DNA of 64,000 bases from Spirochaetia bacterium (GTDB lineage: Bacteria > Spirochaetota > Spirochaetia > SZUA-6 > Fen-1364). Both the position numbers and the translations under genes were made by a program. The notes under the pieces are model-generated. The model saw nothing but the letters and a program-made list of their open reading frames with translations, had not been told where the DNA came from and did not search any database. The stretch lies in contig JBEKQU010000007.1 of assembly GCA_049519415.1 (NCBI GenBank), positions 24,061-88,060 of the forward strand, written 5' to 3'. Below, piece after piece: positions 9,483 to 18,881 of the stretch (position 1 is its first letter; the number at the start of each line of letters is the position of its first letter).

Positions 9483-10687
9483 ACAGCGCAAAAGAAGGCG
9501 CAAGAGAAGCGCATGAACAGGGGAGACCATTTTCTGAGGACTTCCGCCGGCTTCCGATGGCTGAAATGCGGGCGATTGTCGCCCGGTTCGAGCGGAGAGT
9601 CGCGGCGGCGCAGGAATCACGCCCCTCAAACAAAGAGGAGGTGAAGAAGGCCGTCCGCAGGCAGGGCGCGCTGAATTGCCCGGTCTGGCTGAACACGCTG
9701 TCCTATGACGCGATCGTTCGCTATGGCGATGATCTGGCGGACCTGTTGTGCGAGTATCCGGATGATCTGATCTTCGTGGAAGCGTACGAGCAGTCGATCG
9801 GCTATCAGGGGCAGCGAGTTGACGCCCCCTTGCATCCGGTCGAGCTCCTGATGCAAGAGTCCCAGTGGAGCGACGAATGGGGGACTCAGTGGGGGCACGC
9901 CTTGGGAGGCGTGGGTCCGCATCCAATGGATTTCCCGATCAAGGACTGGGCGCAGCTCGATGAATACCTTGAAAAGCATTTCGCGAACCCGTACGCGCCG
10001 GGACGGATGGACGCGGCTGCCGCAATTGTCAATCGGTTCAAGCCTTTGCGGTATTGCGTCGGGACGCTCCCGTTCTCGATCAAAGCGCGGCTGTTCAACC
10101 TCAGGGGAACGGAGAACGTGCTGATGGACCTGTCGCTGAACGAGGCGGAGCTGAGGCGGCTGGCGGAGGCCGTGTGCGAATATTCGCGTGCGATGGTTCG
10201 CAACTGGGCCGGGCTGGGCGTCGATGCCGTGTTCCCGATGGACGATTGGGGCACGCAGAACGCGCTTCTCATTTCACCCGCAATGTGGCGCAGCTTCTTC
10301 AAGCCCTACTATAAGGCGATTTTCGATGAAGCGCACCAGGCGGGCCTGGACGTCTTCTATCATAGCTGCGGCAATATCATGGAAATCATCGGCGACCTGA
10401 TCGACATCGGCGTTGACGTGCTTCACCCCCTGCAGCCGGGCCCCCTAGATCTTCGTGAAGTTGCACGCCGCTTCGGGGGGAAGGTCTCTTTCTGCGGAGC
10501 CATCGATGTCCAGCGCTTGCTGCCCTCGGCTGAGCCTTCAGAGATCAGGAAAGAGATCCGCAGGATCATCGACACACTAGGATCGCCATTCGGGAACAGC
10601 TTCATCCCGGCGCCGGCTAATGTGCTTGGACCGGATATTCCCTTTCAAAATCTAAGGGCCATGTTCGAAGCCTGCCACGCACGTTGA
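9479..10687 (+). CDS. URO-D / MtaA-CmuA superfamily methyltransferase-like protein, paralog 2
   Basis: DDWGTQNALLISPAMWR ... FYHSCGNIMEIIGDLIDIGVDVLHPLQP (H-x-C-G motif). Start overlaps the stop of paralog 1 (ATGA). Close paralog of 44002..45165. Confidence 0.8.
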   Translation: MNSAKEGAREAHEQGRPFSEDFRRLPMAEMRAIVARFERRVAAAQESRPSNKEEVKKAVRRQGALNCPVWLNTLSYDAIVRYGDDLADLLCEYPDDLIFVEAYEQSIGYQGQRVDAPLHPVELLMQESQWSDEWGTQWGHALGGVGPHPMDFPIKDWAQLDEYLEKHFANPYAPGRMDAAAAIVNRFKPLRYCVGTLPFSIKARLFNLRGTENVLMDLSLNEAELRRLAEAVCEYSRAMVRNWAGLGVDAVFPMDDWGTQNALLISPAMWRSFFKPYYKAIFDEAHQAGLDVFYHSCGNIMEIIGDLIDIGVDVLHPLQPGPLDLREVARRFGGKVSFCGAIDVQRLLPSAEPSEIRKEIRRIIDTLGSPFGNSFIPAPANVLGPDIPFQNLRAMFEACHAR

Positions 10688-10716
10688 TAAATCATGCGGC
10701 CAACTGGCAGGCGCGT

Positions 10717-11817
10717 TTATTGTTGAGCGAATTTGCTGATGGTTTTCTGAGCTTTCGCGGCGATGAAAGCCCCGAGAAGGGCGTTGCCGTAGCCGTGCGG
10801 ATGCACTCCGTCGCACGCAACCTGCGTGGGTACGTCCACTTTGAATAGATGCTGCAGGGGTGCCGTATCGATCAGGTGGACTTTTGTATCGCCTTTTTCG
10901 TTTGAGATGGATACAGTATGCGCCAGCTCTTTCGCATGCCAGCCGAGCGGCGGCACAATGCAGAATACCAGGGCATTCGGACATGCTGTACGCAGGGAAG
11001 CAAGCCATAGCAGATACGCGTCAGTGACGTCCAAATGCCTCAAGGTGCCGGCCTCTCTTATAAAATCGTTCGAACCCATCGCGCAGAATATATAATCGGG
11101 TTCGGGGAGCAATTTCGAGTCGATGAGCCGGGAATAGTCCCTGCAATAATGATCCCAGGTGTCCGTCAATGGAGGCATTTGAAGATGCGTGATTACCATG
11201 CCCTGGCCCCCGGTGCCAAGCTGGCCGTATTCGCAGCCCAACGCGGCGCAGACAAGCGGGAACCAGGTGGTACGGGCATTGTTATGCGCCAGATTGCCGT
11301 AGAAATGGGTGTCTTTGTCCAGGGCAAGCAACTCTGAATACACCCCTTCCGTGAAGGAATCCCCATAGCAGATCGCGGTCCTCGGACGTCTTGGAACGGA
11401 AATAAGAGAGGCGCCGTCGTTCACTTCGAAACCGGCTATTCGCAGGCTGTACAGCGATGAGTCCCAGCGTTCCCGGGAGAGCATCGCCGAGCGAAAATAC
11501 AGGTCAATCCGATGCTGTGCCGGCGGATCTTCTCCATGATACAAGGGGATCACATAGTGCTCTTCCGTTTTTGAGAGCTGCTCGGAAACAAACGGCCCAA
11601 AATCAACAGAGTATTCGACCATCGGCATTGCAGTCGAAGCACAGCCGATATTTCCAGCGCCGCCGATAATGATGCCGATGTCGGAGGCGTTTTTAAATAC
11701 AGCCTTGATGTACGCCCCGGGCATGTTTGCTTCTATTTTTGCGTCTGGTCCAATTCCCGTTTTTTTCCAGACATAGGGCGCGAGCAGAATGTCTTCGCTG
11801 TCGATAGTGATCCGCAT
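10717..11817 (-). CDS. SGNH/GDSL-family hydrolase (putative carbohydrate esterase) with an N-terminal extra domain
   Basis: GDS motif (AICYGDSFTEGV) and D-x-x-H motif (CDGVHPHGYG). ATG at 11815-11817 sits 17 nt downstream of the permease gene. Lower GC than the surroundings. Confidence 0.7.
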   Translation of the reverse strand: MRITIDSEDILLAPYVWKKTGIGPDAKIEANMPGAYIKAVFKNASDIGIIIGGAGNIGCASTAMPMVEYSVDFGPFVSEQLSKTEEHYVIPLYHGEDPPAQHRIDLYFRSAMLSRERWDSSLYSLRIAGFEVNDGASLISVPRRPRTAICYGDSFTEGVYSELLALDKDTHFYGNLAHNNARTTWFPLVCAALGCEYGQLGTGGQGMVITHLQMPPLTDTWDHYCRDYSRLIDSKLLPEPDYIFCAMGSNDFIREAGTLRHLDVTDAYLLWLASLRTACPNALVFCIVPPLGWHAKELAHTVSISNEKGDTKVHLIDTAPLQHLFKVDVPTQVACDGVHPHGYGNALLGAFIAAKAQKTISKFAQQ

Positions 11818-11834
11818 CGTCCGGCTCGCGGTCT

Positions 11835-12674
11835 TCAGGCTTTCAACCCCGTGGTGGCCATGCCCTCGACAATCTGACGCTGGAAGAAAAAGTAAAAGAT
11901 GATCTGAGGAATCAGCATCATGATGACCGCACGCATCATGGCGGCCAGGTCCTGTCCGTATTGCTGCTTGAAAAAAGAAGCCGCAAGGGGAATGGTGAAA
12001 TTCTTGATGCTGCTCAAGAGAATCGATGCCAGGGTCCACTCGTTCCAGGCCCAGAGAAAGTTGAAAATGATCAGCGTCGCGATGATGGGCGCGATCAGCG
12101 GCACAACAATAGTGATGAAGATTCTCAAGACGCCGCAGCCGTCGATGATCCCCGCTTCCTCCAACTCGAGCGGGACTCCCTTCATTGCGCCGACGAAAAC
12201 AAGGGTGTTGAAGGGAATGGAACCGGCGATGTAGGGGAAAGGAAGTCCATAGATGCTGTTGGTGCCGATGCCCAGCGGTTTGAGGGTCAAGGCAATGGTA
12301 TAGACAGGGTACAGGATGATGAAAAGCGGAACCGCGGCGCCCAACAGGAACACGTAATAGAAGAAATTGCCGAACCCTTCATGCCGATGGTGGAGACGCG
12401 CGATGGCAAAAGAGCTCGGGAGGTTGATAAAGAGACAGCCGAGCGTTGTGATCGTTGTCACAATGAGGCTGTTCTTGAACAGGTTGCCCATGTTGGATTT
12501 GAGAAATGTATCGATGTACAAGGCGAAATCAAGTTTGGCGGGCAGTCCGAGAGGCTCATTGTAGATCGTGGTGTTGTTCTTGAAGGACAGAATGAAGCCC
12601 CAGATGAAGGGAAAAAACATGACAACGCAGATCAGGATGGCCCCGATGTAGATGATGATTCGTTTTGATTTCAT
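11835..12674 (-). CDS. Sugar ABC transporter permease (MalG-like)
   Basis: 279 aa, TM-rich, with an EAA loop (LEEAGIIDGCG). Lower-GC gene. Confidence 0.8.
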   Translation of the reverse strand: MKSKRIIIYIGAILICVVMFFPFIWGFILSFKNNTTIYNEPLGLPAKLDFALYIDTFLKSNMGNLFKNSLIVTTITTLGCLFINLPSSFAIARLHHRHEGFGNFFYYVFLLGAAVPLFIILYPVYTIALTLKPLGIGTNSIYGLPFPYIAGSIPFNTLVFVGAMKGVPLELEEAGIIDGCGVLRIFITIVVPLIAPIIATLIIFNFLWAWNEWTLASILLSSIKNFTIPLAASFFKQQYGQDLAAMMRAVIMMLIPQIIFYFFFQRQIVEGMATTGLKA

Positions 12675-12683
12675 CGTGTCCTC

Positions 12684-13559
12684 CTAATCCTCAATTCTTC
12701 TCGCGGTAATCCTCAGCGTTCCCACTGAAAACACCATGAGAATCACAAACATGAGAAAAGCGATCGAGGATGCATAGCCGGCCTGCCGCGCCCAGACAAG
12801 CCGCTCATACATATACGAAGCCACCGTATGAGAGTAGTAATTCGGTCCACCGTTGGTGAGAATATACACGGTCTGCAAACTCTGAATCGCATTAAGAACG
12901 ATATAGATGGTCACTATTTTCAAGGTTTCCTTCAGCATCGGTATCGTGATGAACCTGGTGTTTTGCCATCCCGAAGCTCCATCCATCTGTGAAGCCTCGA
13001 AAAGCTCCCGGGGAATCATCCTGAGTCCGGCCATGAACAATACCGAATAGAAGCCGAGGGCTTTCCAGCTTTCGATGACCGTGACCGTGTAGGGAGTCAA
13101 ATACTTTCCCCCGATCCATTGGAAGGCAAGCGCATCGAGGTGAACGGATTTCAGCAGTATGTTGAGGATCCCGATTCCCGGATCCACAATGAAGAACCAG
13201 ATTTGGGTGGTCAATATTGTTGACAGAATGTAAGGCGTGAAGCACAAAAGCTTCACGACATCACTTCCGCGAAATTTCATATTGATGAACATTCCCAGCA
13301 GAAAGGAAAAGGGAATGATGAGGATGAGCTCGCCAATCGTGATGATTGCAGAATTGCTGAGAGCAATCCGAAGATGAGTGTCGGCAAACATGCTCAGGTA
13401 ATTAGCCAGGCCAACGAAACGCCCCGGCATGAAGGTGGGCTTGTTCTGGAAAGAGATGAGAAGCGAATAGAAGATGGGATACACCGTGTAGACGCCGAAA
13501 AAGATCAGGACGGGAGTAAAGAAGAGAAGTTTGATCCACCGTTTGCAGTACTTGAACAT
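12684..13559 (-). CDS. Sugar ABC transporter permease (MalF-like)
   Basis: 291 aa, TM-rich, with an EAA loop (FEASQMDGASGW). Confidence 0.8.
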   Translation of the reverse strand: MFKYCKRWIKLLFFTPVLIFFGVYTVYPIFYSLLISFQNKPTFMPGRFVGLANYLSMFADTHLRIALSNSAIITIGELILIIPFSFLLGMFINMKFRGSDVVKLLCFTPYILSTILTTQIWFFIVDPGIGILNILLKSVHLDALAFQWIGGKYLTPYTVTVIESWKALGFYSVLFMAGLRMIPRELFEASQMDGASGWQNTRFITIPMLKETLKIVTIYIVLNAIQSLQTVYILTNGGPNYYSHTVASYMYERLVWARQAGYASSIAFLMFVILMVFSVGTLRITARRIED

Positions 13560-13699
13560 GCTTCAGCCTCCTTGAGCCTCTCTGCAAAACATGCTGAATA
13601 CAAACCGAGATCGTGCGTGAACAAAAGTCCCTGCCGAACAATCTCCCCTGGAGGGCATCGTTCGACAGGGACACATGAGAACGGAATCTGCCGCCTGGC

Positions 13700-15034
13700 C
13701 TACTTGCTCTTGCGCAGGTCCGCCAGCTTGCCGTTCACGACATCGATGGCAGCATCGATCTTCGCAAGCTCTCCGGGGATATCCTTGGCAGTCATGCTTC
13801 CGTTCATGAGGCTGTTTTCGAGGTTTCCTCTGATTGTGCCCCAGCCCTCTGTCCAAAGATCCGCGTTGGTGTCCCAGATCCGGTAGGACGCATAGTCTGA
13901 ATTATACGATGCGATGATGCTATTGTCCTGGATCAAGGCAATCTGCTGTTTCATGATGGCGCCCAGCTTGGATGCATCAAACTTGACGTTGACAGGGAGG
14001 ATGGATCCAAGGCTCAACGCCAGCGGGAAGCCCTGTGCAGAGTAGCGGAACTTGTTGAAATCCACGATCGCTTTAAGCTTGTCAGGGTCGCTCGCCACGT
14101 TCGCGCCAACTCCAAAGCCATTGGGAACCGCCCTGACCTTGACGTTCTGCTTGTACGGGGACTTGGGGAATGTGACGCCCCAGTTGAAGACGTAGTTCTT
14201 CTCCAGGGGCTGCCCGATGATTTTTCCGAGCTGGTCAGAGGGAAGGGTGATGGCTGCCGCCTTGCCGGAGTTGAAGAGGCTGCAGGCCTGATCGAAGGAC
14301 ATGGTGGAGTTATTCTGCGGGAAGGCGCCCAGGGCGTACAATTCCGCCTCGGAATAGTAGGCCTGTTTGAAATCAGCATCCTGGGCCCTCAATGTATGAG
14401 TCTTGAACACCTGATCCGCCTGGTCCCAGATGCCCCAGAGAACCAGCCAGTGCTCGAAGCCCCACACCGCCCAACCCTCTTTCGAGCCGTAGGCGAGGGT
14501 GACAACGCCGTTCCTCTTGAACACGGGCACATCGGCCTTGAGCTCCTCATAGGTGGTGGGAATCTTCAATCCGTACTTGTCGAAGAGAGCCTTGTTCCAG
14601 ACCCAGCCCTGCACCTGGCTCTCCGAGGGGTATGCCGCGATCCTGCCGTCTGGAGTTGTGATTTCAGTCAGGGCGCCTTTTACAAACGTTGCCTTGAAAG
14701 CGGCATCGTAGTAAGGGGTGAGATCAAGCAAGGATTGCGAGTTCATCAGGTAGTCGACAAAATGCGCTCCGTTGTCCCAGAACAAGTCGGGCAGGCTGTT
14801 GGATTGGACAAGGATCGGCATCTTCACCGGCATATCCGCATGATCGATGACCTGGTAATCGAATTCAATGTTCGGATGCGCCTTCACATACGCGTCAATG
14901 GCAACGCCGACCTGATCGGTTTCCTTGGCAAAGGGGGTCTGATACGTGATCGTAACCTTGGCTTGGGCAAATGACGGTATGCCGACAACAAGCATGCACA
15001 TTGCTACAAGAAACAACAAACCCAGTTTCTTCAT
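13700..15034 (-). CDS. ABC transporter substrate-binding protein (extracellular solute-binding family 1)
   Basis: Signal peptide MKKLGLLFLVAMCMLVVGIPSFAQA. AGGAGG RBS precedes the ATG at 15034. Confidence 0.85.
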   Translation of the reverse strand: MKKLGLLFLVAMCMLVVGIPSFAQAKVTITYQTPFAKETDQVGVAIDAYVKAHPNIEFDYQVIDHADMPVKMPILVQSNSLPDLFWDNGAHFVDYLMNSQSLLDLTPYYDAAFKATFVKGALTEITTPDGRIAAYPSESQVQGWVWNKALFDKYGLKIPTTYEELKADVPVFKRNGVVTLAYGSKEGWAVWGFEHWLVLWGIWDQADQVFKTHTLRAQDADFKQAYYSEAELYALGAFPQNNSTMSFDQACSLFNSGKAAAITLPSDQLGKIIGQPLEKNYVFNWGVTFPKSPYKQNVKVRAVPNGFGVGANVASDPDKLKAIVDFNKFRYSAQGFPLALSLGSILPVNVKFDASKLGAIMKQQIALIQDNSIIASYNSDYASYRIWDTNADLWTEGWGTIRGNLENSLMNGSMTAKDIPGELAKIDAAIDVVNGKLADLRKSK

Positions 15035-15199
15035 CTGTGGATCCTCCTGTTCTGGATGCCTGGTCGTCTACGACGACCGCTTTAAAAAGGCGTGTTCTAT
15101 GGCAGGTTTTTGCTGGCCTCCCGCCATATATCGATCTCGAATCGTCCTCCTTCTTTACGGATAGGTTGCTTCCTCATCAACGTGAGGTCATTTTCACGA

Positions 15200-15246
15200 G
15201 GAGTTTAGGACTGACCGTGGCGGTTGTCAATTGTTAACAAATCCTG
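15200..15246 (-). promoter_or_regulatory. Putative sigma70 promoter, TTGACA-17-TAAACT on the minus strand, with an adjacent palindromic TTGTTAACAA element (minus-strand read TTGTTAACAATTGACAAC)
   Basis: Read directly. Located upstream of the minus-strand ABC operon. A near-identical 19-mer recurs at 39611-39629. Confidence 0.4.
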
Positions 15247-15305
15247 ACTCAATAGAATTGTCCCCTGCACGCAGCCTGTGGGCCACGAAGGGCCATTGGC
15301 GTCGA

Positions 15306-16379
15306 TCATCGCCTGGCGGCCAGCTTCTTTCTGAATCCTTCCCTCTCCAGCACTTCCGGATTCAAGATATTGGGCGGAAGCTCGCCTTTCGACACGGCAA
15401 GCATTCCCTCGATGATGGGCTTGATCGTGGCCCGGCCGGCCTGACGGGTGGATGCCAGCCAGTGCGGCGTGAGCATGACATTGTCGAGCGACAGCAGGGG
15501 ACTCGCCAATGGAAGCGGCTCCGTTTCGAACACGTCCAACCCGGCGCCGGCAATGCGGTGTTCGCGCAGGAATCGAACCAGGGCCTCTTCGTCCACCATC
15601 TCCCCGCGCGCGACATTGATGAAATACGCGGTGGGCTTCATGAGACCCAGCTCCCGCTCGCCGATGAGCCTCCGCGTGCGCGCGTCCAGGCGGCCATTAA
15701 GGCTCACGTAGTCGGATTCCCGGAGCAGTTGATCAAGGCTGCTCACCAGGGCCACGCCGAGCTCTTTCGCCTGTATGGGATCCGCATGCGGGGAATAGGA
15801 GATGATGCGCATGTGGAACGGCGCGATCAGTCGTGCCAGCTCGCGTCCTGTCTGGCCGAACCCTACGATGCCGAGGGTCTGACCGGGCAGGTCGTCGCCG
15901 ACCGCTTCTGCTTGGAGCGCCCAGCGATATTCGCGCACGATCCGTTCTTGCAAAAAGAAGCGCCGGGAAAGGGCGAGAATGAAGATCATGGCCGCGGAGG
16001 CAGTCGAATGCGTCAACCCATGGGGTGAGTTGAACACGACGACGTCGTTCTCCGTACATGCCCTCAGGTCGATCTTGTCGTAGCCGATCCCCGCGCGTCC
16101 TATCGCCACGAGGTTGGCTGATCCCCGCGTGAAGGCGGATGCCTTTACGTATGGACGGCAGACCACGATGCCGTTGGCAGAAGCGACATGCTGCGGCTGT
16201 ATCTCCATGGAATAGAGGCGGTCCTGATAGGTGGGATCGTTCGCCTTCGGCCGCTGGTCTTCCAGGAATCCGTAGCGGATATGCGGCGTCTGGTCAAGAA
16301 GGTCCCACGCGAGCTCGGTGTTGGGCCTGCCCGTTTCGTCGCTCTGATCGCCGGTGAATTTCAGCTCGAAGTGCTTCAC
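15306..16379 (-). CDS. D-isomer-specific 2-hydroxyacid dehydrogenase family, NAD-binding (glyoxylate/hydroxypyruvate or 2-ketogluconate reductase-like)
   Basis: GIVGFGQTGRELARL Rossmann motif and a catalytic R/E/H region. GTG start at 16377-16379 preceded by a GGAGAG RBS directly after the stop of the upstream enolase-superfamily gene. Confidence 0.8.
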   Translation of the reverse strand: MKHFELKFTGDQSDETGRPNTELAWDLLDQTPHIRYGFLEDQRPKANDPTYQDRLYSMEIQPQHVASANGIVVCRPYVKASAFTRGSANLVAIGRAGIGYDKIDLRACTENDVVVFNSPHGLTHSTASAAMIFILALSRRFFLQERIVREYRWALQAEAVGDDLPGQTLGIVGFGQTGRELARLIAPFHMRIISYSPHADPIQAKELGVALVSSLDQLLRESDYVSLNGRLDARTRRLIGERELGLMKPTAYFINVARGEMVDEEALVRFLREHRIAGAGLDVFETEPLPLASPLLSLDNVMLTPHWLASTRQAGRATIKPIIEGMLAVSKGELPPNILNPEVLEREGFRKKLAARR

Positions 16380-16392
16380 GCGGCGCTCTCCG

Positions 16393-17559
16393 TTACTGCT
16401 TCTTCCCACGGACACCGAACCGCTTCTCCCATCCCTCCTTGTTTGCATCGAAATACGCATCGGGGTCGTAGGGATGCTCGCGCACGACTTCCAGGTTCAG
16501 GTCCAGTCCCAGGCCCGGCTTGTCCGGGAGCGACAGGTGCCCGTTTTGCGGATCGATGTCGGGATGCCAGGTGACCAGGTCCCGGGTCCAGGCCACATTG
16601 AACGGATCGAAGTGCTCCTGGATCAGAAAGTTGGGCACGCAGGCCGCAAGCTGCAGGCAGATCGCGGTGGCGACCGGACCTCCGCTCTGGTGCGGAGCGA
16701 TCCACGCGCCGCTGGCGCGGGCTATCTGTGCTACCGCAAGCGTGTTCATGATCCCGCCAAGGCACATGGGCTCCGGCTGGAATATACCGACATGTCCGCC
16801 CTTGGCGAGGGTCATGAACTTTCCCACACGTTCGAATTGCTCCCCTGTTGCCACGGGGATGGGACAGCGGGCGGCGATCTCGTTGGTAAGCTCCTCGCGT
16901 TCGGCCGTGGTCGGCTCCTCCCACCAGTACAGATCCAGCGGGAAAAGCCTGTGGGCGACTCGCAGCGCCTCGGGAGGCGTGAATCTGCAATGCACGTCGA
17001 TGAGGATCTTGAAGTCGCGGCCGAACCGGTCGCGAATGGCCTTCAGGATATCGTATGCCACCTGCAGGTTATTCTCATCGATGGTGCCCGACGCGGTGCC
17101 GAAGGGATCGATCTTCAGCGCACGGAAGCCTTTTCCCGCCGCCTTCACCGCCATGTCCAGGAAGGCTTCCGGTGTGCGTTCGGCGCGATACCATCCGTTG
17201 GCGTAGGCGAGGATGCTGTCCCTGAGCCGCCCGCCCAGCAGTTGATGGATCGGCACGCCGAGGGACTTGCCGAGAATGTCCCAACAGGCCACCTCGATGC
17301 CCGCTGCCGCAAGGCGATGGATGTGCCCGCCGTCCTGGATCGGCTCCAGAACTGCTCGCAGCACCGCGTTCACCTGCCGGGGGTCCCTGCCGATGGCAAA
17401 ATGAGCCAGCTCGTGGATGGCGGCTTCTGTGGTCTTGATGAAGCCGTTCATGGTCGCCTCGCCGATCCCGTAGAGGCCATCGTCCGTATGCACCTTCACG
17501 AACAGCCAGTTCTTCCATTCGGCGCTGACCGTGAAGGTCTCGATCCGTTCGATTTTCAT
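16393..17559 (-). CDS. Enolase-superfamily sugar-acid dehydratase (D-mannonate / D-galactonate dehydratase family, MR/MLE-type)
   Basis: MKIERIETFTV... N-terminal capping domain and KIDPFG...IDVHCRF...WWEEP barrel motifs typical of the ManD/GalD subgroup. Confidence 0.8.
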   Translation of the reverse strand: MKIERIETFTVSAEWKNWLFVKVHTDDGLYGIGEATMNGFIKTTEAAIHELAHFAIGRDPRQVNAVLRAVLEPIQDGGHIHRLAAAGIEVACWDILGKSLGVPIHQLLGGRLRDSILAYANGWYRAERTPEAFLDMAVKAAGKGFRALKIDPFGTASGTIDENNLQVAYDILKAIRDRFGRDFKILIDVHCRFTPPEALRVAHRLFPLDLYWWEEPTTAEREELTNEIAARCPIPVATGEQFERVGKFMTLAKGGHVGIFQPEPMCLGGIMNTLAVAQIARASGAWIAPHQSGGPVATAICLQLAACVPNFLIQEHFDPFNVAWTRDLVTWHPDIDPQNGHLSLPDKPGLGLDLNLEVVREHPYDPDAYFDANKEGWEKRFGVRGKKQ

Positions 17560-18224
17560 CCGTTTTCCCCCTGTTTCCCGAAGACCCCGTCCAGGTCCTC
17601 TTCCCGCATCAAGAGGACCCGCGACGGAGCCGCCTCCACTCCTTCGAGCTTGAGGGGAAGGGCGACCAGCAGGTAGTCTCCCGGCGCCACACTCGTGAGG
17701 TCCAGCATCTCTATGATGAGGCCGCCCGCGCCGCAGAAGGCGACGTGATTGGTGTCGCTCATCTCTCCATAGGGCCCGATGGAGAAACCGTCAATGCCGA
17801 GCACTTCGACGCCCGAATGAATGAGAACATCGATGGCCTCGTCGAGGAATGAGATATAGTCGGCCCCGAGCACGCCGGTGTGCAGTCGCGCGGAGTTCGC
17901 CGTCCTGAACAACGCCCTGCGGACAGGGGAAAAGCCCATCTCATCCAGCTCGGCCCGGCCGATATGGCCGGGGCCCCGGTGCTCGAAGACCCTGCAGGGT
18001 CCCATGAGCTTCCCGAGCTCGACCGCGTCAATGGTTTGCCCGTTCCTGCGGAAGTGCAGCGGCGCGTCGATATGAGTGCCCGAATGGGCGATCATATCGA
18101 GGCGGGTGGCGACGGTCTCATTCCCTCCGGGCAGGGGCTGATGCGTGACGGTGAACGCGGGCCGCTGTCCTCCCGGCCAGATCGGCGTGCGCGGCGAAAC
18201 GCCGATGCTTACATCGAAAATCAT
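17556..18224 (-). CDS. Cyclase-family metal-dependent hydrolase (kynurenine formamidase-like fold)
   Basis: HSGTHIDAPLHF motif. 222 aa. Confidence 0.7.
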   Translation of the reverse strand: MIFDVSIGVSPRTPIWPGGQRPAFTVTHQPLPGGNETVATRLDMIAHSGTHIDAPLHFRRNGQTIDAVELGKLMGPCRVFEHRGPGHIGRAELDEMGFSPVRRALFRTANSARLHTGVLGADYISFLDEAIDVLIHSGVEVLGIDGFSIGPYGEMSDTNHVAFCGAGGLIIEMLDLTSVAPGDYLLVALPLKLEGVEAAPSRVLLMREEDLDGVFGKQGENG

Positions 18225-18422
18225 GATTCTTTTCCTATACTCTCACGAGCGAAAAGGGTCAACGGGAAGCTCCCAGGGGCACTCCATAGAAATGTCAAGG
18301 CGCATCGCCCCCATGACAATTCTATCGAGTGAACCTGTTCGGCTTTTTGACCGCCGCGTGCGCGATTTGCTACGCTGCGGTGTGCTTTTGGAATCAATAA
18401 GGAAATCGGGAGGCACAGGAAA

Positions 18423-18881
18423 ATGATCGTAGCGAAACTCGAACGCGCGGCGCAGCAGACGGCTCTCACCCCGAAATTCGAGAAGGCATATCGCTTCCTC
18501 CTGGATGCAAAGGGTCGCACCCTGGCTGAAGGGAAAATCGAGATTGATGGCGACAGGGTCTACGCCATGGTCCAATCCTACGAGACCCAGCCGGGCGGGG
18601 AGCCGAAGTTCGAAGCGCACCGGAGATACGCCGACATTCAGTACATTACCGGCGGGGAAGAGCTCATCGGCTGGGCCCCGCTGGAGAAGATGACCGTAAC
18701 GCAGGAATACGACCAGGCCAAGGATGTTGCCCTTGGAAAGGTTGCATCAGCGGATGTGACATCAGTGCGGCTTTTCGCGGGAGAGCTCGGGGTATTCTAC
18801 CCCAGCGATGCGCACGCTCCCAAGCAGGCAGTGGGGAAGCCGGGGAAGGTGCACAAGATCGTCGTCAAGGTGGCGATGTGA
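18423..18881 (+). CDS. YhcH/YjgK/YiaL family protein (DUF386, sugar anomerase-like)
   Basis: 152 aa. MIVAKLE...KFEKAYRFLLD...FEAHRRYADIQYI pattern typical of this family. GGGAGG RBS. Confidence 0.7.
   Translation: MIVAKLERAAQQTALTPKFEKAYRFLLDAKGRTLAEGKIEIDGDRVYAMVQSYETQPGGEPKFEAHRRYADIQYITGGEELIGWAPLEKMTVTQEYDQAKDVALGKVASADVTSVRLFAGELGVFYPSDAHAPKQAVGKPGKVHKIVVKVAM

Noticed and set aside
8391-10687. Interpreting the URO-D-like genes as hemE (haem biosynthesis)
   Set aside because: Eight copies, no other haem-pathway genes nearby, and the H-x-C-G zinc motif is absent from true HemE. Methyltransferase-like or unknown function is more consistent.
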